From an uncultured Alphaproteobacteria bacterium (GTDB lineage: Bacteria; Pseudomonadota; Alphaproteobacteria; HIMB59; GCA-002718135): 64,000 nucleotides of DNA. Below the pieces are notes generated by a model. The model saw only the letters and a list, made by a program, of their open reading frames with translations. It was not told the DNA's origin and did not search any database. A program made the position numbers and the translations under genes. Location of the stretch: positions 14,070 to 78,069 of the forward strand of contig CACIQI010000005.1 of assembly GCA_902588745.1 (NCBI GenBank), in the 5' to 3' direction. This document shows positions 1 through 9,480 of this stretch, piece by piece. Position 1 is the stretch's first letter; the number at the start of each line of letters is the position of its first letter.

Positions 1-357
1 ATCATTTAACATCCAAGCATCATCTTGAATATCATGTATCATAGGTCTAAAACCTTTTAAAAATTTATTCTCACACAGTTTATCAATGTCATCTTTAGCA
101 TTGTTACTATCTAAATCAACCCAACCCACCACACCTGCAATAAATTCATATTTAGATGCTAAACTTAATGTAAATTCTGTTTCAGCAACAGTGTCAGCAG
201 CTTGGACAATTACTGTTTTAGTAATATTTTTTTGTTTTATAAGTGGCTCAAGATCTTCTGGAAAAAAATCTTTATATAAGACTTTCATATCTGGAGTCAT
301 CCATGAGTAATCTCCTCTTGAAAGTTTCCAAAAATGTTGATGACTATCTACGTACAT
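1..357 (-). CDS. amidohydrolase-2 (COG3618-type) metal-dependent lactonase, L-fucono-1,5-lactonase-like; N-terminal part only, runs off the left edge
   Basis: Not in the ORF track because it is open at the window edge. My translation of the minus strand from ATG 355-357 gives MYVDSHQHFWKLSRGDYSWMTPDMKVLYKDFFPEDLEPLIKQKNITKTVIVQAADTVAETEFTLSLASKYEFIAGVVGWVDLDS... The DSHQHFW start and the VQA...GVVGWVDL block are typical of this family. The start abuts the stop of the upstream dehydratase gene (TAAATG). Confidence 0.7.
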   Translation of the reverse strand, partial: MYVDSHQHFWKLSRGDYSWMTPDMKVLYKDFFPEDLEPLIKQKNITKTVIVQAADTVAETEFTLSLASKYEFIAGVVGWVDLDSNNAKDDIDKLCENKFLKGFRPMIHDIQDDAWMLND

Positions 358-1653
358 TTATTTCCAATAAGTACCATTATTATAATCAAATTCATTAAGA
401 GAACTATCTTTAATTTTTACAGAATACCCTGGATTTGTAGGCGTTACATATCCACCATCTTTAATCATTGCTGGATTTTCAAAATGTTCAGAACAGCTTT
501 CTGCATATTCACTTAATAATAAATCATGATTTGAAATTATAAACTTGTTGATTAGATTTAAATGCTGAACATATTCACATAAACCAACACCACCTGCATG
601 AGGAATAACGGGAGTATTAAACTTACTAGCTATTAAAAGAACTGGTAAAATTTCATTTATACTTGCTATTCTACAACTATCAATTTGGCAGTAATCTAAA
701 GATTTGTGTTCTATAAATTGTTTAAACATAACTTTATTCTGTATCATTTCTCCAGTTGCAAGATTAACGTCGGGATGTGCATCTTTAATTTTTTTAAAAC
801 CTAATACATCATCAGGGTTGGTTGGTTCTTCATAGAATAAAATATCGAACTGTTTTAGTTTCCCAATATTTTCTATAGTCTCGTTTACGCTCCAGATTTG
901 ATTGGAATCTACCATTAATTTATTTTTATTACCTATTAATTCTCTAACAAGTTTACAGCGATGGATATCCCTTTCTATATCTTGACCAACTTTCATTTTA
1001 AAATGAGTCCAGCCCTTACTTAAATTTTCTTCAACTAGTCTTTTCATTTTTTCATCTGAATATCCTAACCAACCAGCTGCTGTTGTATATGCTGGAAAAA
1101 TAGTGGAATTTAAATCGTCTAAATTTGAAGGTAAATTTATTTTTTTCTGATCAATTATTTTAGCTGCTTCATCTTTAGTAATTACATCGTCAATATAAGA
1201 AAAAGAGAGTTTATCTAACAAATCTCTTGTTTCTAATTCTATTATGTATCTCCAAAGAGGTTTTTTATGAAATTTAGAAATTAAATCCCATATTGCATTA
1301 AAAAAAGCTGCAGCTGCAAGATGTGTTACACCTTTTTGTGGTCCTACCCATCTTAATTGACTGTGGTTTGTAATTTTTTCCCATATGGATGCAATATCCT
1401 TTTCTATTTCTTCAACATTTTTTCCAATTATAAATTCTTTAAAATATTCTATGACGGTACAACAAAGATCATTACCTTTTCCAATAGTAAAGGTTAATCC
1501 AATACCAGTTAAATCTTTTTGATCAGTAAATATTGTAACATAAGTTGCAGAGTAGTCACAATCAACATGAACAGCATCAGTTCCCAAATTATCTTTTGAT
1601 GTTGGAAAACGAATATCCTGAGTTTTAATATCAATTATTTTCATATTGGACAT
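358..1653 (-). CDS. fucD: L-fuconate dehydratase (enolase superfamily, mandelate racemase subgroup)
   Basis: 431 aa. The blocks DIRFPTS..GTDAVHVDCDYSATYV, SQLRWVGPQKGV, PAYTTAAGWLGYSDEK, FYEEPTNPDDVLG and PHAGGVGLCE match my memory of Xanthomonas FucD nearly block for block. Confidence 0.88.
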   Translation of the reverse strand: MSNMKIIDIKTQDIRFPTSKDNLGTDAVHVDCDYSATYVTIFTDQKDLTGIGLTFTIGKGNDLCCTVIEYFKEFIIGKNVEEIEKDIASIWEKITNHSQLRWVGPQKGVTHLAAAAFFNAIWDLISKFHKKPLWRYIIELETRDLLDKLSFSYIDDVITKDEAAKIIDQKKINLPSNLDDLNSTIFPAYTTAAGWLGYSDEKMKRLVEENLSKGWTHFKMKVGQDIERDIHRCKLVRELIGNKNKLMVDSNQIWSVNETIENIGKLKQFDILFYEEPTNPDDVLGFKKIKDAHPDVNLATGEMIQNKVMFKQFIEHKSLDYCQIDSCRIASINEILPVLLIASKFNTPVIPHAGGVGLCEYVQHLNLINKFIISNHDLLLSEYAESCSEHFENPAMIKDGGYVTPTNPGYSVKIKDSSLNEFDYNNGTYWK

Positions 1654-2642
1654 CTTTCATCAATTAGTTTTTCATTAAGTAAATCTTTCCACAAATCTTC
1701 AGGGATAGGAAAATTTAAAAATTCTAAGTTTTGCTCCACTTGATCAAGCCTATCCATGCCTAAAATCATGGAGGTGACAAGTTTATTAGTATAGCAAAAT
1801 TGTATTGCTACTGCCGGAACAGGTACATCATATTTTTTACAAATATTTGCAATTTTTAAGTATCGTTGCTTAACTTCTTCTGGAATTTTATCATAAAAAT
1901 AAGTAATATTTTCACCTACACCTTTAGCTAAAATTCCTGAATTAAAAATTCCTGCAAGAATAATTCCTATATTATTTTTTTCAGCAATAGGGAAAAAATC
2001 ATTAAGAGCGTTTTGATCCAATAATGAATATCTGCCTGCAAGAACCATACAATCAAAATCGCCTGCATTTGCAAATCTTGCACATATATCAGAGTCATTT
2101 ACTCCTACTCCAATAGCTTTAATTACTTTTTCTTCTTTTAGTTTTTGAACGGCTTTATAGGCGCCGTCCATTGCTAATTTAAAATAATGATCAACCTCGT
2201 CACCAAAATTAAATCGATCTACATCATGAATTAAACAAATATCTACTTTTGAAACAGCTAATCTTAGTAATGATTGCTCAAATGCTCTCATCACACCGTC
2301 ATAAGAGTAATCGAGATTAGGAGAAAAATTTAAACTTCCTGCAAATCTCCCTCTATCTATATTATCTTTTTTTGCTGGTGTAAGATATCTTCCAACTTTG
2401 GTTGATAAAAAATAACTATCCTCATCTACAGTTTTTAAAAAATTTCCTAATCTATGTTCACTTAATCCATAACCATATAAAGGTGATGTATCATAAATAT
2501 TGATTCCTTTTTCATAGCTTTTTTCAAGTATGTCATAGCAATTTCGTTCATCAAGATTTTCAAATAAATTGCCTAAGGGTGCTCCACCAAAACCAATAGC
2601 TGTTAAGTTTATATCAGTTTTTCCAAGCTGTCTTTTATTCAT
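1641..2642 (-). CDS. aldo/keto reductase, D-threo-aldose (L-fucose) 1-dehydrogenase-like
   Basis: 333 aa with an AKR-like N-terminus (LGKTDINLTAIGFGGAPLGN, YDTSPLYGYGLSE). Overlaps fucD by 13 nt. Substrate is inferred from context only. Confidence 0.7.
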   Translation of the reverse strand: MNKRQLGKTDINLTAIGFGGAPLGNLFENLDERNCYDILEKSYEKGINIYDTSPLYGYGLSEHRLGNFLKTVDEDSYFLSTKVGRYLTPAKKDNIDRGRFAGSLNFSPNLDYSYDGVMRAFEQSLLRLAVSKVDICLIHDVDRFNFGDEVDHYFKLAMDGAYKAVQKLKEEKVIKAIGVGVNDSDICARFANAGDFDCMVLAGRYSLLDQNALNDFFPIAEKNNIGIILAGIFNSGILAKGVGENITYFYDKIPEEVKQRYLKIANICKKYDVPVPAVAIQFCYTNKLVTSMILGMDRLDQVEQNLEFLNFPIPEDLWKDLLNEKLIDERCPI

Positions 2643-4143
2643 GAATATTGCCCATAATTGATGAACTCATTTCTTCATAGTTATGATTATTGATAGTTTC
2701 ACCAACTACCTTAAAATCTTTCATTGTAATAATTCTATCTGCTAAGCTAATCATTTCAGGCATATCACTGGTAATTAAAATTATTGATGTGCCTTTTAAA
2801 GATAGTTCAATAATTAATTCATGAAGGTAAGATTTTGTTTTTATATCTATACCAACTGTAGGTTCATCAATAAATAATATATCAGTTCCAGAAGCTAGCC
2901 ATTTAGCTACACTAATTTTTTGCTGATTACCTCCAGATAAATTAGAAACAATTTGTTGGTAGGAAGGTGTTTTTACTTCAAGTTGTTTCACATAAGGATC
3001 TACTTTATTGTAAACAATACTGTCATTTAAAAAAGATAATATTTTTTTCAAATTTGACCAGACTGTTATTCCAGCATTGGATAAAACATCATGCATTAGA
3101 ATTAATCCCTCTTTTTTTCTGTCTTCACTTATGTATCCAATTTTATATTTTTCTAGTGCATCTTTTGGAGACTTAATTTTAATTTCTTTATTGTTGAGTA
3201 AAATCTGTCCAGAATTAATTTTATCTAACCCAAGTACACATTTTATTAATTCTGTTCTTCCTGCACCAACTAAACCGTATAATCCAAGTATTTCACCTTT
3301 TTTTAAATTTAAATTAATATTTTTATGACCAAGGTCAGTATTTATTGATTGTAAATCTAGTAAACTTTCATCTGTAAAATCAATATTTTTCTTAGATTTA
3401 ATTATTTGTTCATCTCTACCAATCATTAATTTAACAAGTTTCTGTCTATTAAGATTAGTAATTTGTTCAGACTCACAAGCATTTTTACCATCTCTCAAAA
3501 CAGTAACTTCATCACAAATTTCAAATACTTCCTCTAATTTGTGACTAACAAAAACTATACTGACATCTTGTTCAGCAACTAATCGTTTAAGTAATGCAAA
3601 TAAATTTTTTGTATCTTGTGGGGATAATGATGAAGTTGGTTCATCTAATAATAGTATTTTTGATTCTAAGGATAAGGCTTTAGCTATTTCACATAGTTGC
3701 ATTTTTGCAACTGTTAAATCTGATACTATTGTATTTGGATCTATATCCAACTCCATAATATCGAGCCATTTTTTTGATTCTTTGGCAACAGTATTATAAT
3801 CAATTAGTCCTAAATTATTTTTAGGAAGGTTGGTTAACATTAAATTTTCACCAACTGAAAACCTCCTAATTAAATTTCTTTCTTGGTGCACAACTGAAAT
3901 TCCAGCATTCATTGCTTCATTAGGTGAAGAAAAAGACTTCTCTTGATTATTTAAAAATAGCTTTCCTTCATTTTGATTATATACTCCTGTAATAATTTTA
4001 ATTAATGTAGATTTTCCTGCTCCATTTTCACCAAGAAGTGCATGGATTGATTTTTTTTTGAGTCTAAAGTTTGCATTATCAAGAGCTTTAACACCAGGAA
4101 AATTTTTTGTAATGTTACTGAGTTCTAAAATATAATCACTCAT
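2635..4143 (-). CDS. sugar ABC transporter ATP-binding protein with duplicated NBD (CUT2, RbsA/MglA/AraG type)
   Basis: 502 aa. Walker A GENGAGKST, a second degenerate P-loop GLVGAGRT, signature LSGGNQQK and Walker B ILFIDEPT. Confidence 0.9.
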   Translation of the reverse strand: MSDYILELSNITKNFPGVKALDNANFRLKKKSIHALLGENGAGKSTLIKIITGVYNQNEGKLFLNNQEKSFSSPNEAMNAGISVVHQERNLIRRFSVGENLMLTNLPKNNLGLIDYNTVAKESKKWLDIMELDIDPNTIVSDLTVAKMQLCEIAKALSLESKILLLDEPTSSLSPQDTKNLFALLKRLVAEQDVSIVFVSHKLEEVFEICDEVTVLRDGKNACESEQITNLNRQKLVKLMIGRDEQIIKSKKNIDFTDESLLDLQSINTDLGHKNINLNLKKGEILGLYGLVGAGRTELIKCVLGLDKINSGQILLNNKEIKIKSPKDALEKYKIGYISEDRKKEGLILMHDVLSNAGITVWSNLKKILSFLNDSIVYNKVDPYVKQLEVKTPSYQQIVSNLSGGNQQKISVAKWLASGTDILFIDEPTVGIDIKTKSYLHELIIELSLKGTSIILITSDMPEMISLADRIITMKDFKVVGETINNHNYEEMSSSIMGNIHE

Positions 4144-5104
4144 CTGAAAAAACCTTTGTTCTTCTCTCTTCTCTATATTCTCTGTATCTATTTATAAATA
4201 CCGCTAATAAAATCATAAATCCTAAAAATATTTGAACAAAAAAAGGATCAATTTTAAAAATTACTAAAGCTTGAGAAATTATAGAAACTAATATCACACC
4301 AAATGCAGTAGCAATAACATCTACTTTTCCACCAGCAAGTATAGCGCCTCCAATTACCGGAGCAGCAAATGAAGGTAATAGCCAAGAATCACCTATATTG
4401 GGTGTCCCAAGTTGTAATCTACAAACCACTAACATTCCACCGATAGCAGCTAAAAGGCCTGATATAACATGAGCATAAATAACTATTTTTGTTGAAGATA
4501 TTCCTATTAGTTCTGATGATTGTACATTATTCCCGTATGCCAGCATATACCTTCCAAGTGATGTTCTATTCATTAAAATCCACATCAGCACAGTTATAAT
4601 AATTGGTATAATAACTAAGTAAGGTATAGGGCCAAAGATTTTTGCATTTCCAAAAAATTTAACAGCCTCAGGAATTTCATAAAAAGGTTGAGCCTCTGTT
4701 ATTCCTAAATTCATTCCCTTAAAAATGTAAAGTGTAGCAAGGGTAATAATAAAAGCTGATATGCCAGTTTTAACAGTGATGTATCCATTTATAAAACCAC
4801 AAGCAAGACCAATTAATAATCCAATGAGAACAGCAGGTAAAATAGACATGCTATAAACTTCCATTAAGCCAGTAAATGAAATCGCAACTAAGCCACCAAT
4901 TGCTCCAACAGATAAGTTCATTTGACCAATTGCAATGATAATCATTTGTGACATTGCCACAACGAGCATCAAACTAACACTCAGCATTAAAACATATAAA
5001 TTAAATGGAGAAATAAATGCAGGCTTAAACAATGAAATTAATATTGAACCAAAAATTAAAACTAAACCAAGTCCAAACCAATCTTTTTTTAAAAGCGCGC
5101 TCAT
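4136..5104 (-). CDS. CUT2 sugar ABC permease (RbsC/AraH-like)
   Basis: 322 aa polytopic hydrophobic protein. 8-nt overlap with the ATPase gene and 4-nt overlap with the upstream permease. Confidence 0.85.
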   Translation of the reverse strand: MSALLKKDWFGLGLVLIFGSILISLFKPAFISPFNLYVLMLSVSLMLVVAMSQMIIIAIGQMNLSVGAIGGLVAISFTGLMEVYSMSILPAVLIGLLIGLACGFINGYITVKTGISAFIITLATLYIFKGMNLGITEAQPFYEIPEAVKFFGNAKIFGPIPYLVIIPIIITVLMWILMNRTSLGRYMLAYGNNVQSSELIGISSTKIVIYAHVISGLLAAIGGMLVVCRLQLGTPNIGDSWLLPSFAAPVIGGAILAGGKVDVIATAFGVILVSIISQALVIFKIDPFFVQIFLGFMILLAVFINRYREYREERRTKVFSDE

Positions 5105-6087
5105 GAAACAATTGAATTTTTAACAGTAAAATATTCCCTGGCTCTATCTAGCAGAACAGCTCCTAATAATATGATCCCAAGAAAAAATCTTACCCAAAAT
5201 TCACCAACGTCAATTAAGTATAATCCATTATTTATTAATGTGACAAGAATTGCTCCTAGCATTGTTCCAAAAACTGTAACCTTACCTCCAGAAAGAAGTG
5301 TTCCACCCAATACTGGAGCTAAAAAAGCAGGTAATAACCAGTCAAATCCAAGATGACCAGCCATAGACGGAATTGCAGCACCAATTCTTGCTGTTAACAT
5401 TATACCAGCTAGTGCTGCCAAGAATCCTGACAGCATATGACAATAAATAAACATTCTATCTACAGAAATACCTGATAATTCAGCAGCATCAGGATTAGCT
5501 CCAGCTGCGATAAGCTTTCGGCCAATATCAGTGTATTTAAAAATATAATAAAGTACAAAACAAGTCAGCACACTGATAATTAGTAATGGTGAAATATATT
5601 TATTGAAAAGTTTTAAACTTCCAAAATCAGTAAAAGCCTCTGGTAGTTTTCTAAAAGCTTCTGCTTCAGTTAGCAAGGTCATGAAACCAAAATAAATACT
5701 CATCGTTGCCAGTGTAACAATGAAACTATGAACACCTGTTCTAACAGTTACAAATCCATTAATCCAACCTAGAAATGAACCAAAAGCTAAAACTAAAATG
5801 ATTGTAATAGAAATAGGAATTCCCATACTTTCCATACACCAACCACCAAACATTGCTGCAGAAACACCTAAAGCACCTAGAGATAGATTTAAACCTCCAG
5901 TAAGTATAACTACCATCATTGCTAAACCAATCATTATATCTAGAGCAACTACTCTTGAGAGAGCATAAATATTGAATCTTGAAGTAAATCCATCAGTTGA
6001 AAAGGAAAAAATACAAATAAATACAATTACCAAAATAAGTAAACCAAACTGATTAGTTTTTACAAAATTAGGAATTTTATTATTCAT
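5101..6087 (-). CDS. CUT2 sugar ABC permease (RbsC/AraH-like), paralog of 4136-5104
   Basis: 328 aa polytopic protein. Shares the ...TGG.NLS.GA... and ...LLP.F.APV.GG..L.GGK... blocks with the neighbouring permease. Confidence 0.85.
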   Translation of the reverse strand: MNNKIPNFVKTNQFGLLILVIVFICIFSFSTDGFTSRFNIYALSRVVALDIMIGLAMMVVILTGGLNLSLGALGVSAAMFGGWCMESMGIPISITIILVLAFGSFLGWINGFVTVRTGVHSFIVTLATMSIYFGFMTLLTEAEAFRKLPEAFTDFGSLKLFNKYISPLLIISVLTCFVLYYIFKYTDIGRKLIAAGANPDAAELSGISVDRMFIYCHMLSGFLAALAGIMLTARIGAAIPSMAGHLGFDWLLPAFLAPVLGGTLLSGGKVTVFGTMLGAILVTLINNGLYLIDVGEFWVRFFLGIILLGAVLLDRAREYFTVKNSIVS

Positions 6088-6094
6088 AAAAAAA

Positions 6095-6111
6095 GGGGGC
6101 TTAATGCCCCC
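6095..6111 (-). terminator. GC-rich hairpin plus T7 tract between the binding-protein gene and the first permease gene (intrinsic terminator/attenuator)
   Basis: The minus strand reads GGGGGC-ATTAA-GCCCCC followed by TTTTTTT running straight into the permease ATG (6087). A 6-bp all-GC stem is conspicuous in this AT-rich DNA. Confidence 0.7.
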
Positions 6112-6119
6112 ATATTATT

Positions 6120-7148
6120 TTAACTTGGACAGTTTAGATATGTGCTATCAAAAGTTTCTAAAATTTCTAGAGAAATTCCTCTCATAGCCATAACGTATGT
6201 ATCAACATCGCTAATATCAACAAATACAGTACCTGAATCAATAAATTGATCAGTTTGTGCAGTTGATTTCCAAGGTGCATCAGCTTTGAACTCACAACCT
6301 TGTCTAACTTTGTCCATTACATATGAACCAATGTAACCTTGTCCATATGGGTTTTGAAGCATAGTTCCATGAACATAACCATCTTTAATAGCTTTTAAAA
6401 CTACTTCGTCATGATCAATACCAACCATTTTAATTCTTTTATCACCCATATTAGTTAAAGCTTGTGCTGCTACAACAGCAGGAACCCAAGCAGTAGTAAC
6501 AATACCATCTACTTCACTTCCTTGAGCCGCCATGAAAGCATTAATTTTTTCATCAGCTGGTTCATAAGCATCAATATCAGCAATAACTTGAATAATTTCT
6601 ACTCCACCACCTGCTTCTGAAACAGCTTGTTCAACAGCATTGATTCTTAGAGTTGTATTTGGATCAACTAAGAAACCAGTAAAGTGAGCAATTTTTCCTT
6701 TGCCACCTAAAGCTTTAATTAATTCTTTTGTACCAAGATAAGCTGAGTGACCAGTGTCAGTTCCAAAACAAAATTTTGCTTGAGTTGGTTGTTCAACACA
6801 TCCTGCTAAAGCAGCTGTTGGTATACCAGCATCATCTAGTTCACCTAAAATTTTATTTGTACCAACTGCATCACCAGGAAATACAAGTACTGCATTGTAA
6901 CCTTGACCAACTAAACTTTCAATTAACTCGTTTTGTTGACTTAGATCCCACTCTGCAGGAACTCTGTAATCTGCTTTTCCTAAACCAAAGTCTTCTACAG
7001 CATCTAAACCTGCTTGTTCCCACGCAGCAAAATAAGGGTGCGGGCCACCAGGGACTAGAGCTACTTTAGTAACACCATGACCACCGGCAAAAACAGGTGA
7101 TACTAGTAAAGCAAAAAAAGAAGTTAAAAATATTATAAATTTTTTCAT
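6120..7148 (-). CDS. periplasmic sugar-binding protein (type-1 periplasmic binding fold, RbsB-like)
   Basis: 342 aa. Signal peptide MKKFIIFLTSFFALLVSPVFA followed by GGH. First gene of the CUT2 operon. Acidic, low-Lys composition unlike its neighbours. Confidence 0.8.
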   Translation of the reverse strand: MKKFIIFLTSFFALLVSPVFAGGHGVTKVALVPGGPHPYFAAWEQAGLDAVEDFGLGKADYRVPAEWDLSQQNELIESLVGQGYNAVLVFPGDAVGTNKILGELDDAGIPTAALAGCVEQPTQAKFCFGTDTGHSAYLGTKELIKALGGKGKIAHFTGFLVDPNTTLRINAVEQAVSEAGGGVEIIQVIADIDAYEPADEKINAFMAAQGSEVDGIVTTAWVPAVVAAQALTNMGDKRIKMVGIDHDEVVLKAIKDGYVHGTMLQNPYGQGYIGSYVMDKVRQGCEFKADAPWKSTAQTDQFIDSGTVFVDISDVDTYVMAMRGISLEILETFDSTYLNCPS

Positions 7149-7252
7149 TATTCCTCCTTAAATTTTTTTTAATGTATTCAGATTTAGAACTTAAATCAAC
7201 AAAAATAAAATAAAGTATTTATTTATAATTATATTGATTATACTATTGTCGC

Positions 7253-8440
7253 ATGCTGTATTCATTTAGATGGTTTGGTCATAATGATCCTTCAAAATTA
7301 GATCAAATTCGACAGATAGGTGTTGAAGGAATCGTATCATCACTAGCACAAATAAAATATGGTGAAAAATGGTCTGCATTCGAAATCAAGAAAAGGAAGA
7401 AATTTATTGAAAGTTTCAAAATTAATAACAATAAAAATTTAACTTGGAGTGTTGTTGAAAGTCTTCCTGTCCACAATGACATAAAAAAAAGGTCAGGGAG
7501 ATATAAATATTACATAGATCAATACAAAGAGTCATTGATAAATTTAGGAAAGAATAAGATTAAAAATATTTGTTACAATTTTATGCCATTGATTGATTGG
7601 GTGAGAACAGATTTAAATCATCAACTACCAAATGGAGCATTTGCTTTAAAATATAATCATCTTCATGTCTGTGCATTTGAAAATTTTATTTTAAAATCTA
7701 AAACAGCAAAAAAAAGGTATTCACCCAAAGAAATCCATACTTCAAAAAAAATATTAAAAAAAATGAATTCTAGTGATTTAAAAAAACTTAAAATGTCTTT
7801 ACTTGGAGGGTTAGCTGCAAACGATAGAAAGTATACAATTAAAGATTTAAATTATGAGATTGATCAATTTGCAGAATTAAATCATAGTGATTTACAAAAT
7901 AATTTAAAAGATTTTATAGAAGAAATTTATCCAATCATAAAAAAATATAATATTCATTACAATATTCATCCAGATGATCCTCCATATAATGTTTATGGAT
8001 TACCAAGAATTGTTTCTAATGAGAAAGATATTAATTTTATTGTGAATATAAAAAAAGATACAAATGTAGGTTTAACTTTTTGTACAGGATCCCTTGGTGT
8101 TAATAAAAAAAATAACTTAGTCAATATAATTAAAAAATATGGTTCTTATATAAATTTTATTCATTTAAGAAATATAAGACACATTCCAAAATCTCTCGAT
8201 TTTTATGAAGATGACCACCTTAATGGAAGCCTGGACATGGTGTCTATTGTCAAAGCAATATTAAAAGAAGAAAATAAAAGGAAAAAAAGTAATCATCCTA
8301 TTAAACAAATTCCTATGAGGCCTGATCATGGGCATACAATACTTCATGACCAATTTAATTCAGTAATACCTGGATATTCATTATTAGGCAGAATGAAAGG
8401 GCTAGATCAGCTTAAAGGTGTAATAAAAGCTATAAATTAA
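7253..8440 (+). CDS. uxuA: mannonate dehydratase
   Basis: 395 aa, the length of UxuA. The N-terminus FRWFGHNDPSKLDQIRQIGVEGIVSSL parallels E. coli UxuA (WRWYGPNDPVSL...). Confidence 0.85.
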   Translation: MLYSFRWFGHNDPSKLDQIRQIGVEGIVSSLAQIKYGEKWSAFEIKKRKKFIESFKINNNKNLTWSVVESLPVHNDIKKRSGRYKYYIDQYKESLINLGKNKIKNICYNFMPLIDWVRTDLNHQLPNGAFALKYNHLHVCAFENFILKSKTAKKRYSPKEIHTSKKILKKMNSSDLKKLKMSLLGGLAANDRKYTIKDLNYEIDQFAELNHSDLQNNLKDFIEEIYPIIKKYNIHYNIHPDDPPYNVYGLPRIVSNEKDINFIVNIKKDTNVGLTFCTGSLGVNKKNNLVNIIKKYGSYINFIHLRNIRHIPKSLDFYEDDHLNGSLDMVSIVKAILKEENKRKKSNHPIKQIPMRPDHGHTILHDQFNSVIPGYSLLGRMKGLDQLKGVIKAIN

Positions 8441-9479
8441 TTTTTACCTTATATTTATTTGCTAAAAACAAAAAATCAGTTTTTAATTCCTTATCTATTG
8501 GAATACCTGTTTTTAATCTTTTATTAGAAGTAATTTTTTCTTTTTCGCCTGGATATAAAATTGGATTATTATTTTTTTTTGGTTTTTGTTTTTTTAGATC
8601 ACTCATATAGTTTTTCATACCTTTAAAATATTGTTTTTTTGTAGTGAAAGCATTTAATGAAATGGCGATTAAGAAATGTCCTAACTTTCTTGGTGTACTA
8701 AAATCTGGTCCAATCATTGATAATAAACGGTATCCATGAGCCATACCAATAAGAGGTCCACACATTATTTCTACAGAAGAAGATAATCCAAAACCTTTAT
8801 ACCCATATTCTTTACCTCCAAGTGGAGCCAAAGAAACAGCGTCATAAGGGTTAGTCGTGTAGTTTCCGGATTTATCAAGTGCAATCTCAGATTTTAATTT
8901 AGTAGAATTTGCTCTGGCTCTCATAACTTTATTCCATGCTATCGAAGTTGAAGAAAAATCTGCATGTAAAAAGTCTTTATTACCTATTGGTGCTGTAAAA
9001 GAATAAGGATTAGTCCCGTGAAAAGGTTTCTTACCATTATACGCTATTGCAAAAGCATCTGAGTGTGTAAATGAAAAACCAACACAGTCGTTTTGTGCAA
9101 TATCCATAGAATATACACCTGCAGCACCATAGTGTGAGGAGTTTATTATGCCAATTGAAGCAATGCCATTCTTCTTTGCCATAGATGATACTATTGCTGA
9201 TGCCTTTAAAGCTGCTACATGCCCTAAGCCATCATCAGCATCATAGACAGCTACACCTCTATTTTTTTTTATAAGCTTCATTTTAGGTTTTGCTTTTATT
9301 CTTCCGTTTTCAATACATTTTACATAATGAGAAAATAATCTAATACCATGACTGTCCACGCCTCTAAGAGAAGAATCTAAAAGTGATTTAATAAGTAAAT
9401 TTCTATCCTTTTTTGGAACAGATAGTTTTGATAAAATGCTATCAAAAAATTCATTTATTTTGTTGGGTAAAATTTTCAT
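8430..9479 (-). CDS. Ldh_2 family (malate/L-lactate/sulfolactate/2,3-diketogulonate-type) NAD(P)-dependent oxidoreductase
   Basis: 349 aa with LRGVDSHGIRLFSHY and SHYGAAG blocks typical of Ldh_2. The 3' end overlaps the uxuA 3' end by 11 nt (convergent). Confidence 0.75.
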   Translation of the reverse strand: MKILPNKINEFFDSILSKLSVPKKDRNLLIKSLLDSSLRGVDSHGIRLFSHYVKCIENGRIKAKPKMKLIKKNRGVAVYDADDGLGHVAALKASAIVSSMAKKNGIASIGIINSSHYGAAGVYSMDIAQNDCVGFSFTHSDAFAIAYNGKKPFHGTNPYSFTAPIGNKDFLHADFSSTSIAWNKVMRARANSTKLKSEIALDKSGNYTTNPYDAVSLAPLGGKEYGYKGFGLSSSVEIMCGPLIGMAHGYRLLSMIGPDFSTPRKLGHFLIAISLNAFTTKKQYFKGMKNYMSDLKKQKPKKNNNPILYPGEKEKITSNKRLKTGIPIDKELKTDFLFLANKYKVKINL

Positions 9480-9480
9480 C

